From a virus (lineage: Duplodnaviria > Caudoviricetes), in the IMG/VR virus record IMGVR_UViG_3300017978_000113, positions 1-24,962 of that record: a DNA stretch of 24,962 nt; one strand, 5' to 3'. Both the position numbers and the translations under genes were made by a program. Positions 16,695 through 24,962 of this stretch are shown piece after piece (within the stretch, counting starts at the first letter, position 1; every line of letters starts with the position of its first letter). The notes beneath the pieces were generated by a model. It was given only the letters and a program-made list of their open reading frames with translations. It did not search any database and was not told the origin of the DNA.

Positions 16695-16848
16695 TGTTTC
16701 GTTTTTTTAGTGCTATTTTTCTTCTTTCTTGACGTGTCATTTTACGAAAGGATGTCGTGTAAGCGTATTTACCTTTTGCGATGTCTATGTTTTCCGATAT
16801 TCCGTAGAAGTCATCCACTGATAGCATTGAGATTATGTTCTTTATCAT
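16687..16848 (-). CDS. small protein upstream of tape measure (53 aa, not in ORF track)
   Basis: MIKNIISMLSVDDFYGISENIDIAKGKYAYTTSFRK...NNG*; overlaps both neighbours. Confidence 0.7.
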   Translation of the reverse strand: MIKNIISMLSVDDFYGISENIDIAKGKYAYTTSFRKMTRQERRKIALKKRNNG

Positions 16849-19112
16849 TTCTGTATAATGTTAATGTTTGTTAATTCCGTGATTCCGTTGTTCAATGTGT
16901 AGGTAACATCCACAGGGTAAACAGTTCCTGCAGTATTAGGAGGTAAAGTGATGTCAACATACTGTGGTGCATCAATAGTTGTAGGGGCAATTATAATATC
17001 AGGTACAGTTGTGCTTACTTCTGCACTAATCGCTCCGTTGACAAAGTCAATAGGAACTGCAATTGTACCGCCTAATACCCCAACATAAGGTTGATATGTA
17101 GAATTTATCATTGGTCTGAAGTCTAATATCAATTCGAAGTTTACCTCACCTGTTGTTAGATTGGATTGCATTGAGTTAATGATGTATCTTTTATCTCTAA
17201 TGAGTAATCTATCGTTTAACTGTAAGCCAGTAAGCAAGCTAATAGGTAGAATCGTTTTTACCTTGACAATTCGTTGCTTTAGGTTGTACAGATTGTACAG
17301 GTAACTGAAATAATATGTAGCAAATAACGTTTGTTGCACAGGCTCATTTAACATCGTTGAGATGTCAGGTGCAAAGTTCAAAGTATAGTCAGTTAGGTTA
17401 TATCTTAAATCTTGTCCAAACGGAGTGTAATTAACTATAGGGTCAGTTGATGTACCATCGTTAAAGTAAAAATCTACATCCTTATTGTCGTATTGATACA
17501 ATAAAATTGGCTTAGGAATATAAGGTGCAAACTCGTTGTTTAATGAGTATCCAACTTGTAAGTCAGTACCTGTGAATTTGTTCTGTAGAAGATTTTCAAA
17601 AGGCACTGCCAAAGTAAATTCATCTCCATCGTAATTGTACTGATAGGATGTATCTCCATATTGACGTGCAAATAATTGGCTAAATTGTTTATTTAAGAAC
17701 CCTTCACCTTCCTGATACTTCATTGAAATCTTTTTATACAATTTCATTCTGTCAATATCAATAGTATTTACATCCGTGTATTCAGAGATATCAACAATTG
17801 CTCCTTGAGAATACCAATCGTCCAAAGGCTCAAGTTGATAAACATTCTCAGCAGTTCCGTAGCAGGTCATATTGAACATTTTCACAATACCTCCAAAGAA
17901 ATCCGCTATTTTCATTTGAGGTGACATTGAAGCTAAGTCTGTATTCAAAACAATGTTAGTAGTATTGTTTGTACAAACTGCATAATCACTAACCAAAACT
18001 CCACCTGAAATGTAATAAACTGTGTATTTAATTTCTGAATTTATTGTTATCGCATCGTTTGCTCTTAGTTTAAATTGATAAGTGACATCAAGTCCTGAAG
18101 TCTGATTAAAGAAATCACACGTATAAACACCTGTACCACTTCCGAAAATAGTATTGAATAGGTTTCCGTTTTGATAGATGTCAATATAATATGTATCACT
18201 TGTTGATGCTGAGGTAACTTCAAATTCAATCAAGTGACTATAAACACCTGTTATTTCTTGAATGTGTAATGTGTCTAACGTAGTATCAAATGCACCTGTC
18301 AAATCATAAGTTCCAACTGGAGGTGATATTACTTCCATATCAACTAAGAATGATTCTGATACAATCTGCATTTCATTCTTGTTTTTGTACCACAAGAATA
18401 GTTTCGTGAACCTATCGTTATTTAGGAAGTTACCTGTGAAATCTATTCCGTATTTATTTTCAATCGCTTCGAATATTTTCGACACTCTAACTGCTGGAAA
18501 TAACTCTTCATAATGTATGTGTCCTGAAGTTTGTCCAATGTCGTGAGATGAACTTGTTGGAATCGTGTAATAAGCAGGAGTAATTGTAGTTGGTGCTTGA
18601 CCTGAATAAGTCCATACACGTTGTGAACTAATCAAAGGGTATTTAACATCGTATGAATTAGACGCATCTATTATCCTTGTTCTAACTTCCGTGCCTGTGT
18701 ACTCGTGATTCAAAGATGTGTAATCCAAATCAGAAAGTAAATCTTCACCAAAGTAATCTAACAAGGTTCTGCCTTCACCATAGAATGTAAGTGTGTAGCT
18801 TTCTGCTTTTCCCTTGTTTAATTTGCTCCCTTCAATCTGAATCTTACCTCGTCTGAAAAACGTTAAGTCAATTTCAATGAACGCATTTCTACGTATGTTG
18901 TGGTCAATGCTTGAGTTAACATCTGTCTGATAGAAGTGTTCAAAGATTGCATTGTTGTGTGTGGAAGCAGGCACGGTAAAACTCTGTGAAAAGTCTGTGT
19001 ATGCTTTCGATATGTCTGATATATTCTGTTGAGTTGACGTTACTTGAATCTGTTCGTCATTGAACAGTTCTATCCTTTGCCCTTCGATGTATATCTGTAC
19101 TTTTCTATTCAT
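16845..19112 (-). CDS. tail tip/baseplate hub-like structural protein
   Basis: 755 aa beta-rich, N-terminal IELFNDE..DFSQSFTVPAS..NNAIF segment typical of tail-tip proteins; position in tail module. Confidence 0.6.
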   Translation of the reverse strand: MNRKVQIYIEGQRIELFNDEQIQVTSTQQNISDISKAYTDFSQSFTVPASTHNNAIFEHFYQTDVNSSIDHNIRRNAFIEIDLTFFRRGKIQIEGSKLNKGKAESYTLTFYGEGRTLLDYFGEDLLSDLDYTSLNHEYTGTEVRTRIIDASNSYDVKYPLISSQRVWTYSGQAPTTITPAYYTIPTSSSHDIGQTSGHIHYEELFPAVRVSKIFEAIENKYGIDFTGNFLNNDRFTKLFLWYKNKNEMQIVSESFLVDMEVISPPVGTYDLTGAFDTTLDTLHIQEITGVYSHLIEFEVTSASTSDTYYIDIYQNGNLFNTIFGSGTGVYTCDFFNQTSGLDVTYQFKLRANDAITINSEIKYTVYYISGGVLVSDYAVCTNNTTNIVLNTDLASMSPQMKIADFFGGIVKMFNMTCYGTAENVYQLEPLDDWYSQGAIVDISEYTDVNTIDIDRMKLYKKISMKYQEGEGFLNKQFSQLFARQYGDTSYQYNYDGDEFTLAVPFENLLQNKFTGTDLQVGYSLNNEFAPYIPKPILLYQYDNKDVDFYFNDGTSTDPIVNYTPFGQDLRYNLTDYTLNFAPDISTMLNEPVQQTLFATYYFSYLYNLYNLKQRIVKVKTILPISLLTGLQLNDRLLIRDKRYIINSMQSNLTTGEVNFELILDFRPMINSTYQPYVGVLGGTIAVPIDFVNGAISAEVSTTVPDIIIAPTTIDAPQYVDITLPPNTAGTVYPVDVTYTLNNGITELTNINIIQK

Positions 19113-20158
19113 TAGACAACGGAGTTAATTAGGTCATAAGCGTATTCAAAATCCAATTGATAATTAATCATATGGTTGTTTATACTCTTGAATAGTTCAG
19201 TTGATTTCGTGTTTATCTTTACAGGTGATTTATCTAATAGGATTCTTTCGCTTGCCATTAGTTGTTTAATGACCTCAGAATAACTTTCGTCCACCCAATC
19301 AGTATTAACCTTGATTTGTTGTTTAAGGTTCGTGTTAAACATTTTTCTTTGTCCTTCCTGTACTGAGTAATTTGGGTATGTGGATTGCATCAAATTATAC
19401 TCCGTGTTTTCCATTGATATGGCTGAACTAGATGCTTTGAAGAACCATTCAGTTTGCCACCCTCCATATCTGTTTACAAAGTCACATCTTACAGGTGTGT
19501 ATTTGCATTCCTCCTTCGGTCTGAATGTTGCACTCCAAATTGTAGATGTACCATCCGAAATGTCTATTCTATTCCCATCGTTAAGATAGGTAGGCCATAC
19601 CTTTGCCCAATCGTTAACGTTTGACGTGTTCAAAGTTGAGAACTCGGTTGCACCTGTGTTTAGGTTCGTGTAAGTAATTGAATGACCAAATGCACCTTCG
19701 ATTGTAATGTGTCCTGTGTTACCTGTGCCATCTAAATAATAGTAGCTATCAACAGGTGGTGCGTGAACGTATCCAATATCAGCATTGTATCCTTCCGTGT
19801 AATATCCGAATCCATCAAATGCTCTGCGTGTCTGAGTTAATCCAACTTGAATAAATATAGTGCTAACTTTCTTGTATAGTTTTAAACCTACCCAGCACCA
19901 TTGTGCTGCAGGCGTTACAGGATTTCCCGATGTAACAGACTGCAATTGATTGTGGTCAATGTACTCCCTGATGTATGGAGAAATGTCATAGTAAGTTGCA
20001 GGTGCATTTGATGAAGGTATCTTTTTGCTGAGAGTATAAGCAGGTGAAGATGGCATTGGAGTAGTGTTACCATTCCACAGAAAGATTTCTAATTTAGTTT
20101 CAATCTGAGCAGTCTCATTGATTGTAACGATGTATGGTGAGCGTGCAAATATTGCCAT
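19112..20158 (-). CDS. tail structural protein (distal-tail-like)
   Basis: 348 aa beta-rich, FVNRYGGW..VNTDWV..QLMASE..NYQLDFEY C-domain; upstream of hub-like gene. Confidence 0.55.
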   Translation of the reverse strand: MAIFARSPYIVTINETAQIETKLEIFLWNGNTTPMPSSPAYTLSKKIPSSNAPATYYDISPYIREYIDHNQLQSVTSGNPVTPAAQWCWVGLKLYKKVSTIFIQVGLTQTRRAFDGFGYYTEGYNADIGYVHAPPVDSYYYLDGTGNTGHITIEGAFGHSITYTNLNTGATEFSTLNTSNVNDWAKVWPTYLNDGNRIDISDGTSTIWSATFRPKEECKYTPVRCDFVNRYGGWQTEWFFKASSSAISMENTEYNLMQSTYPNYSVQEGQRKMFNTNLKQQIKVNTDWVDESYSEVIKQLMASERILLDKSPVKINTKSTELFKSINNHMINYQLDFEYAYDLINSVV

Positions 20159-20159
20159 T

Positions 20160-20666
20160 TTATTTTCCTATTAAGTAAATTGATTCATTAAATAATTTTG
20201 TCGCATCTAATCCAAATGCTTCCACCAAAGTGTCAGGTAACTTCTTGTATGCGTTCTCAAATGGTTTGGTAAAGAATAAACTCGGTTTAATCCCGTTCAT
20301 ATAAACGCCACGTGCAATCATAAACTGAAGTGATTTCCTTGATGCAAACTTCCCTTGTTTTCTTGGAGACAATCCTTTTCTTACAATCCATTTATCAAAT
20401 GCTCTTGGAGGAGGCATCTTATCTTTGTAGCTAAACTCAGTGTTGTACTTTTTTCGTTTACCACTAACTCCTTTATCTTGAAAGATACCGTAATCTTCCA
20501 TTGAGAACTCCATCTCAAATGAGTTTTGGTTTGCTTTTACCCTACCGTCAATTGAATCATAAAGTTTACCTCCATCCTTCCCAAGTCGAGATAGGTTGTT
20601 CTTAGCCCGCTCAATTACTTGGTCACGAAACTTTTCTATTTCAATTTGAAGTTCTGATTTAGTCAT
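20160..20666 (-). CDS. tail completion/neck protein (HK97 gp10-like)
   Basis: basic, GKLYDSI..YGIFQDKGV..GIKPSLFFTKPF. Confidence 0.6.
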   Translation of the reverse strand: MTKSELQIEIEKFRDQVIERAKNNLSRLGKDGGKLYDSIDGRVKANQNSFEMEFSMEDYGIFQDKGVSGKRKKYNTEFSYKDKMPPPRAFDKWIVRKGLSPRKQGKFASRKSLQFMIARGVYMNGIKPSLFFTKPFENAYKKLPDTLVEAFGLDATKLFNESIYLIGK

Positions 20667-20893
20667 TACTCAATAATTAAGAATGTTGATTCAGTAGGTT
20701 GTGGTGCTTGGCTTAAAGAACCCCAAGATGAAGCCAATTTTTTATCTACCTCAGTATAACTACTATTTGACCAAGTGTAAAGTTTTCTTGTGTCATTAGC
20801 TACATACAAAATCTTTGCATCTCCCCTCTGAGGAAATGAAGCACGATTGTTGTATTGTTCGTGTTTTTGCGGTAGGTTAATATTGAATGCCAT
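20666..20893 (-). CDS. small putative virion protein
   Basis: FPQRGDAKILYVANDTRKLYTW motif of the kind seen in fibre/appendage proteins; coupled to neighbours. Confidence 0.6.
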   Translation of the reverse strand: MAFNINLPQKHEQYNNRASFPQRGDAKILYVANDTRKLYTWSNSSYTEVDKKLASSWGSLSQAPQPTESTFLIIE

Positions 20894-21348
20894 TAGCAGA
20901 TAGTCATTTCGTTTGGCACTGTTACATCAAATGTCATTGTCCATCCAGCAAGGTAGTTCTCGAATCGCTCTGTGAATGGTTCTAAACTTGGATTGTCCTC
21001 AATTACAAATAAGTCATCCCATAAGTTACCGTGTAACATCTGCTGATATGCACGATTTAAAACTGCGTGTTGAGTATTTAGTACGTCAAGTTCATTGTTG
21101 TTCTCTTGAAATAAATCAGTCACCTCTACTTTAGAAATATCAACAATATCCATTGCAAGAATTGATACGTTGAACGTTTGTGTATTAGGAGTAAGCGTTG
21201 AACTGTTCACCATTATGTGAGTTAATGGAAAAATAGTTTGCTTATTTAAATCCACTTGAAAGATGTCACCCTGAGTTACCGTGTTCACGATAGGGTCTGC
21301 ATCGAAGTGAGTTTTAAGTTTGTCTAATATTGTGTAGTAGCCTGTCAT
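20893..21348 (-). CDS. putative tail terminator protein
   Basis: 151 aa acidic alpha/beta, IFPLTHI..EPFTERFENYLAGWTMTFDV. Confidence 0.55.
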   Translation of the reverse strand: MTGYYTILDKLKTHFDADPIVNTVTQGDIFQVDLNKQTIFPLTHIMVNSSTLTPNTQTFNVSILAMDIVDISKVEVTDLFQENNNELDVLNTQHAVLNRAYQQMLHGNLWDDLFVIEDNPSLEPFTERFENYLAGWTMTFDVTVPNEMTIC

Positions 21349-21620
21349 CGTTTTAAATTACGTTCAAATTGTCTGCGTTCGATTTCGTTTTTTTGCTTTT
21401 CGAATACGAGATAGGTGAGACATTTAGTAAGTCTGAGTTCGGTAACTTCGTCAAATCTTGTAACGTCTCCTTTAGCGAGTCCATATATTGACTGATACCA
21501 TCCCCATCGCTTGGCAAATTGAGTTGTTTCTGAAAAGTCATTTGCAATTCCTTGCTCGTCCTCATCTCCTTCTCCAAATAGTTCAGGGTAGCCTCTAATA
21601 ACTCGCTTCCTAAATTCCAA
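21345..21620 (-). CDS. -1 frame extension of the upstream gene (frameshift product C-terminus)
   Basis: no ATG; starts inside a T9 run; its stop overlaps the next gene's ATG (ATGA). Confidence 0.65.
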   Translation of the reverse strand: MEFRKRVIRGYPELFGEGDEDEQGIANDFSETTQFAKRWGWYQSIYGLAKGDVTRFDEVTELRLTKCLTYLVFEKQKNEIERRQFERNLKR

Positions 21621-22120
21621 AAAAAAAGCGTACTTGCAATTACCACATCAAGTGGAGCAAACTTCATTAATTCTTGGAAGTCAACGTTTGGTTCGTATGG
21701 TAAAATATCGTACTTATCTTTTCGTGTTTTCACAATCGGTCTGTACATTACTGCCATCGCTTTGTGATAATCATCCCATTTAGTAAGGTGAGATTCTAAA
21801 TCAACGTATTCACCAAAGGAGATTGCTTCAAGTTCTGGTATGAATCCGAATTCAATTTCAGTTTCGTTTGCTTTAATCTTGAATCGGTTCTTGAATGCTG
21901 GCTTCTCAGAGAATAACTTTGTGAAGTGAACGATTAATTCATTCAAAGATGTTAGCTTCATTTTAGCAACGTCTTTTAGTTGTAGTCCACAGAATATCTC
22001 CACCATCTTTTGAGCAACAAATTCTTCATCATTGGAATCTGCCTGAACTTTAAGAAAGTCCTGATAGTGTTTAAGTGGAATCTCACTTAGACTTGAAGGT
22101 ACGTTGATTTCTAACTTCAT
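21353..22120 (-). CDS. putative tail assembly chaperone with slippery site
   Basis: acidic helical protein with CTT TTT TTT TGG at codons 165-168. Confidence 0.6.
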   Translation of the reverse strand: MKLEINVPSSLSEIPLKHYQDFLKVQADSNDEEFVAQKMVEIFCGLQLKDVAKMKLTSLNELIVHFTKLFSEKPAFKNRFKIKANETEIEFGFIPELEAISFGEYVDLESHLTKWDDYHKAMAVMYRPIVKTRKDKYDILPYEPNVDFQELMKFAPLDVVIASTLFFWNLGSELLEATLNYLEKEMRTSKELQMTFQKQLNLPSDGDGISQYMDSLKETLQDLTKLPNSDLLNVSPISYSKSKKTKSNADNLNVI

Positions 22121-22126
22121 AATATT

Positions 22127-22154
22127 TAAACGATTTATTTATTGTTTTGTTGTA
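22127..22154 (-). promoter_or_regulatory. ECF-type late promoter (tail operon)
   Basis: TACAAC-N16-CGTTTA, ATG 9 nt after CGT. Confidence 0.65.
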
Positions 22155-22314
22155 CACGAATCATATCATACGCAGCACATAGCATCTTGAAATGTAAACG
22201 CATTTTCATAGGCTCATCAAAGATAATCTTTATTTTCTTTCCAGTCATTACGTAGATGTAATCCTCCACTACCGCCTTAAGCATTGGAAGGTCATCTGAT
22301 GTTGTATTGTCCAT
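22135..22314 (-). CDS. small hypothetical protein (59 aa, not in ORF track)
   Basis: MDNTTSDDLPMLKAVVEDYIYVMTGKKIKIIFDEP...NNK*; overlaps TerL end. Confidence 0.6.
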   Translation of the reverse strand: MDNTTSDDLPMLKAVVEDYIYVMTGKKIKIIFDEPMKMRLHFKMLCAAYDMIRVQQNNK

Positions 22315-23494
22315 AGTTCTTTTTTAATCCTAAGGTTTCCATCTCGTGATACCTGAGTGCATCAATAGCGTGATTGAAGTGGTCAATAGGTACGTTCTTT
22401 CTTGTACCGTCTTTTGCTACATCCCAACAGTAACTTCTCAACTCCTTAATCAAGTTCTGGCTATCTGCAGTGACTAAGTATTCTTGACGTTGCATAATGT
22501 CAATACCGAATCTAATTGAATCTACTCCCTTTGTTACGCCCTTAATCATTTTGCCGAATCTTCTAATCTCTTCTATTGATTTAGGTTCTGAACTATCAGC
22601 GTAAATCGGTACACTATTTGGGAGCATATTTGCGATGTCAGAGTTAACCATTCCTGTACGGTAGACTACCTCGTTTACTATTCGTTGACCGTTGTAGTTG
22701 TATATCTCAATGATTGATGTAGGGTCATTCGTGTAACCAAAATCCAGTCCTATTCCAATCAACTTAGCTTCGGTTGGTATCTTGTCGATTGATTTCCAAT
22801 TGTCAAAGATTACGCCTTCTAAACTACCTACTTCTCCTAATCCATACACACGCCACCAATTCGCCCAATAAGAACTCGTTGCTGCTTTCTCACGGTTCTT
22901 TTCAATCTGAGATACAATTGATTCATCAAGTGCTTCGTTGTCCTTGTATGTTAAGATAATGAAATCTGAATCAGGTTCGTCTTTTAGTTCCTTATGTACC
23001 CAGAATTCATTGGCTGGATTAAAGTCAAGGAATACTTCCTTTTTTGTACGGATGGCTAACTCATTGTAGGATTCAAAAGTTACGTTGTTGCACTCATTGA
23101 TGTAAAGGATGTCACGCCTTGCTCCTCTGAGTTTAGATGCATCATCTGCTGAGAAGAACTCTATTACACTACCGTTTCCAAATTCGTATCTTAGAAGTGA
23201 TTTATTGAATCGGTCATCTATGTAGCGTCCTGTCCATCTCATTATCTTTGTGAAGTCTTTTAATGCTCCTCTTCGTAAGTGAGGAATGGATTCAGCTACA
23301 ACAGAAACTTCTAATCCAGGTTGACGTGTGCATTTGTCTATTAAAATTGGCAGTATGCCAAATGTTTTACCAACATTATCTCCCCCTGTTACTTAATTCG
23401 CAGGGGGATAAAAGGCGGACGTTCCACCCTGAACGATTTTGATTCGTTTTTTCAAGGCGTGAATGCGTCTGATTGCAGTCGTTACTTTAAACAT
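22292..23494 (-). CDS. terL: terminase large subunit (PBSX-like), interrupted by a 42-nt insertion with in-frame TAA
   Basis: ATG 23494 overlaps terS stop; IVQGGTSA[insert]GKTFG Walker A, LRGARRDILYINE Walker B, DFNP, GLDFG and NHAIDALRY nuclease motifs; the ORF-track 316 aa is only the C-terminal part. Confidence 0.9.
23372..23413 (-). other. 42-nt hairpin insertion in TerL Walker A
   Basis: UUUUA-UCCCCCUG-CGAAUUAAGUAA-CAGGGGGA-GAUAAUGUU between GCC (Ala27) and GGU (Gly). Confidence 0.85.
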
Positions 23495-23930
23495 TACTTT
23501 CTTCTTTATCTTCTGATGAGTTAAAATCAAACAATGGTTGCTCTGTTACAATAGTGTTTTCTACCTTCTCAGTTAATCCGTTTAATCGTGCAGTAAGACT
23601 TGCATTGTATTGTCCAACCATACCTCCTGAGATTTGGTCTTGTCTGATTTCTCGCTTTATGTGTGTAGAGATATCGCAAAAATCTTGGTAAGCTCCTTTA
23701 GTATTATGTAAATAATGTTCAACAGTGCATTCAAATTTGTTGTAGCAATACACTTCAAAGCCATCAATGCTGAGTGGACATTCTAAGGGTTCTGCAACCA
23801 TATCTCCTGAGCGTTGGTTCATTACGTATTTGTAACGTGGATTTTCTTTTACATACTCCTTGTATGCTTTGAACATATCTAATAGTTGTTCAGGTGTGTC
23901 TATCTTTCTTGGTCTTCCTCTTTGTGCCAT
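23487..23930 (-). CDS. terS: terminase small subunit (P22 gp3-like)
   Basis: GRPRKIDTPEQL, PLSIDGF, GGMVGQYNASLTARLNGL; directly upstream of terL. Confidence 0.8.
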   Translation of the reverse strand: MAQRGRPRKIDTPEQLLDMFKAYKEYVKENPRYKYVMNQRSGDMVAEPLECPLSIDGFEVYCYNKFECTVEHYLHNTKGAYQDFCDISTHIKREIRQDQISGGMVGQYNASLTARLNGLTEKVENTIVTEQPLFDFNSSEDKEESNV

Positions 23931-23933
23931 AGT

Positions 23934-24122
23934 TTATTTAGTTTTTTTGTAGTGTTTAAAGTGGTCTAAAAATTCGTTCTCATCTATTTCTTCAACGCAC
24001 ATTAATCCATCTGCGTCTGTTAAGTAAACCACATAGTGAAATCCTTGCTTTGATAGATACTCTGTTACTTTGTTAGCAGCTTCTATCATTTCCTTACCGT
24101 GGTCAACTAAGTAGTATCTCAT
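23934..24122 (-). CDS. hypothetical protein
   Basis: 62-aa ORF packed in the operon. Confidence 0.65.
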   Translation of the reverse strand: MRYYLVDHGKEMIEAANKVTEYLSKQGFHYVVYLTDADGLMCVEEIDENEFLDHFKHYKKTK

Positions 24123-24128
24123 TTTGGT

Positions 24129-24515
24129 TTATTCAGTTTCCTCTTCCTTGTATTCCTCCATTACTCGTTGCATCTTAACTACGATTTCTCTTAGGCAACT
24201 TGCACACGATGTAGGCTCTTGTCTTACTTTGAAAATACGGTTGTATATCTTTAGGATTTGGTCTTGTTCGCTTGGTCGTATCGTGTTTTTGTACAATACC
24301 TGCGTTTCGTTTAGATAGTTGTATTCTACCTCAGTTAAACACTCTGGTTTGTTGTACGGAAACATCGCATTTAATTTTGCTTTGCGTGCATCGCATCCAC
24401 AGTCATCTCCTGCTATGAACTTAACTAACTTTTTAATGCCTGTTGCCTCTGTGATTTGTTCGATAGTATCTCCTAATCCTTCAGCTTTCTTTCTTGGTGT
24501 TCGTGTTTTTGCCAT
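24129..24515 (-). CDS. Cys-containing hypothetical protein (possible metal binding)
   Basis: GLGDTIEQIT..DCGCDARK..LN, PECL, TSCASC. Confidence 0.75.
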   Translation of the reverse strand: MAKTRTPRKKAEGLGDTIEQITEATGIKKLVKFIAGDDCGCDARKAKLNAMFPYNKPECLTEVEYNYLNETQVLYKNTIRPSEQDQILKIYNRIFKVRQEPTSCASCLREIVVKMQRVMEEYKEEETE

Positions 24516-24518
24516 TTG

Positions 24519-24962
24519 TTATTTTATTAATTCAAAATCTTCATTTAAATAGTCCTCAAAATCTTCTCCAATTGCTTCTCTGAGTCGTTCCTTACAGTTT
24601 TTTAGCGTGTTGAATATAGAAGTCAGACTTATATCTGTTTCTTCCGCTATCTCACGCATTGATAATTCTGATTCTCGGTAAAGGTTAAACATCTTAATGT
24701 CGTACCAATGCCATTTATCCACCTCTTCCTGTATCTTTTGCTCAATCAAGTTGAATGATTCGTGTTTTTCCACATTGCATTCATTGTAACTTAGCCTCGT
24801 GCAGTCATCAATTGATACGCTTTCAATCTTCTTTGCCCGCAAATGGTCAACATATACGCTACGCAGAATAAGCCACATTATGTTTTTGTTTACCGTGTCA
24901 GTAACTATTTTATCTATATGATTTAAACGTATGATTTTGATATATGTTTCTTGAACTATATC
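24519..24962 (-). CDS. phage ECF-like sigma factor (5' end outside window)
   Basis: frame open to the edge: DIVQETYIK (region 2) and SMREIAEETDISLTSIFNTLKNCKERLR (region 4 HTH). Confidence 0.75.
   Translation of the reverse strand, partial: DIVQETYIKIIRLNHIDKIVTDTVNKNIMWLILRSVYVDHLRAKKIESVSIDDCTRLSYNECNVEKHESFNLIEQKIQEEVDKWHWYDIKMFNLYRESELSMREIAEETDISLTSIFNTLKNCKERLREAIGEDFEDYLNEDFELIK

Noticed and set aside
22292-23242. 316-aa ORF as the complete TerL
   Set aside because: It lacks Walker A; homologous sequence continues in frame up to ATG 23494.
23341-23376. Re-initiation at the AUG inside the insert after GGGGGAG
   Set aside because: That AUG is out of frame and gives only MLVKHLAYCQF*, which cannot supply the TerL C-terminal part.
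23372-23413. Insert as intein, group I/II intron, stop-codon reassignment or intrinsic terminator
   Set aside because: Too short for a self-splicing element; TAA ends many genes in this window; no U-tract follows the stem on either strand.
596-24552. Remaining short plus-strand ORFs and nested 4773..4961
   Set aside because: All overlap well-supported minus-strand genes and show no recognisable motifs.
1-24962. tRNA, integrase, att site or host genes
   Set aside because: None recognised by eye; lifestyle and prophage status cannot be decided from this window.

Overview
The window is part of a tailed dsDNA phage genome, probably a siphovirus of a Bacteroidota/Flavobacteriaceae host (AT-rich, TAnnTTTG promoters, no obvious Shine-Dalgarno use). 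Every credible gene is on the minus strand. In transcription order (right to left): ECF-like sigma factor, two hypotheticals, TerS, TerL, a frameshifting tail-chaperone-like gene, tail terminator/completion/tip genes, tape measure, prohead protease, two paralogous putative internal head proteins, scaffold, major capsid, tail tube, portal with a C-terminal extension, head-tail adaptor, fibre-like genes, holin-amidase-spanin and a metallophosphoesterase. After these come a non-coding control region, small early genes, replication initiator, helicase and a PAPS-reductase-like gene. The most striking feature is a 42-nt hairpin inserted in the TerL Walker A loop (QGGTSA^GKT) that closes all three frames, so recoding (ribosomal bypass or RNA excision) seems required. 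There is also an RNA-level control layer: a candidate ~60-nt sRNA complementary to the start regions of three early genes, a kissing-loop terminator leader before the replication genes, and five AAC-N15/16-CGT promoters matching the phage sigma factor, three of which would give near-leaderless mRNAs. Product calls rest on recognised motifs and gene context only; no searches were run.
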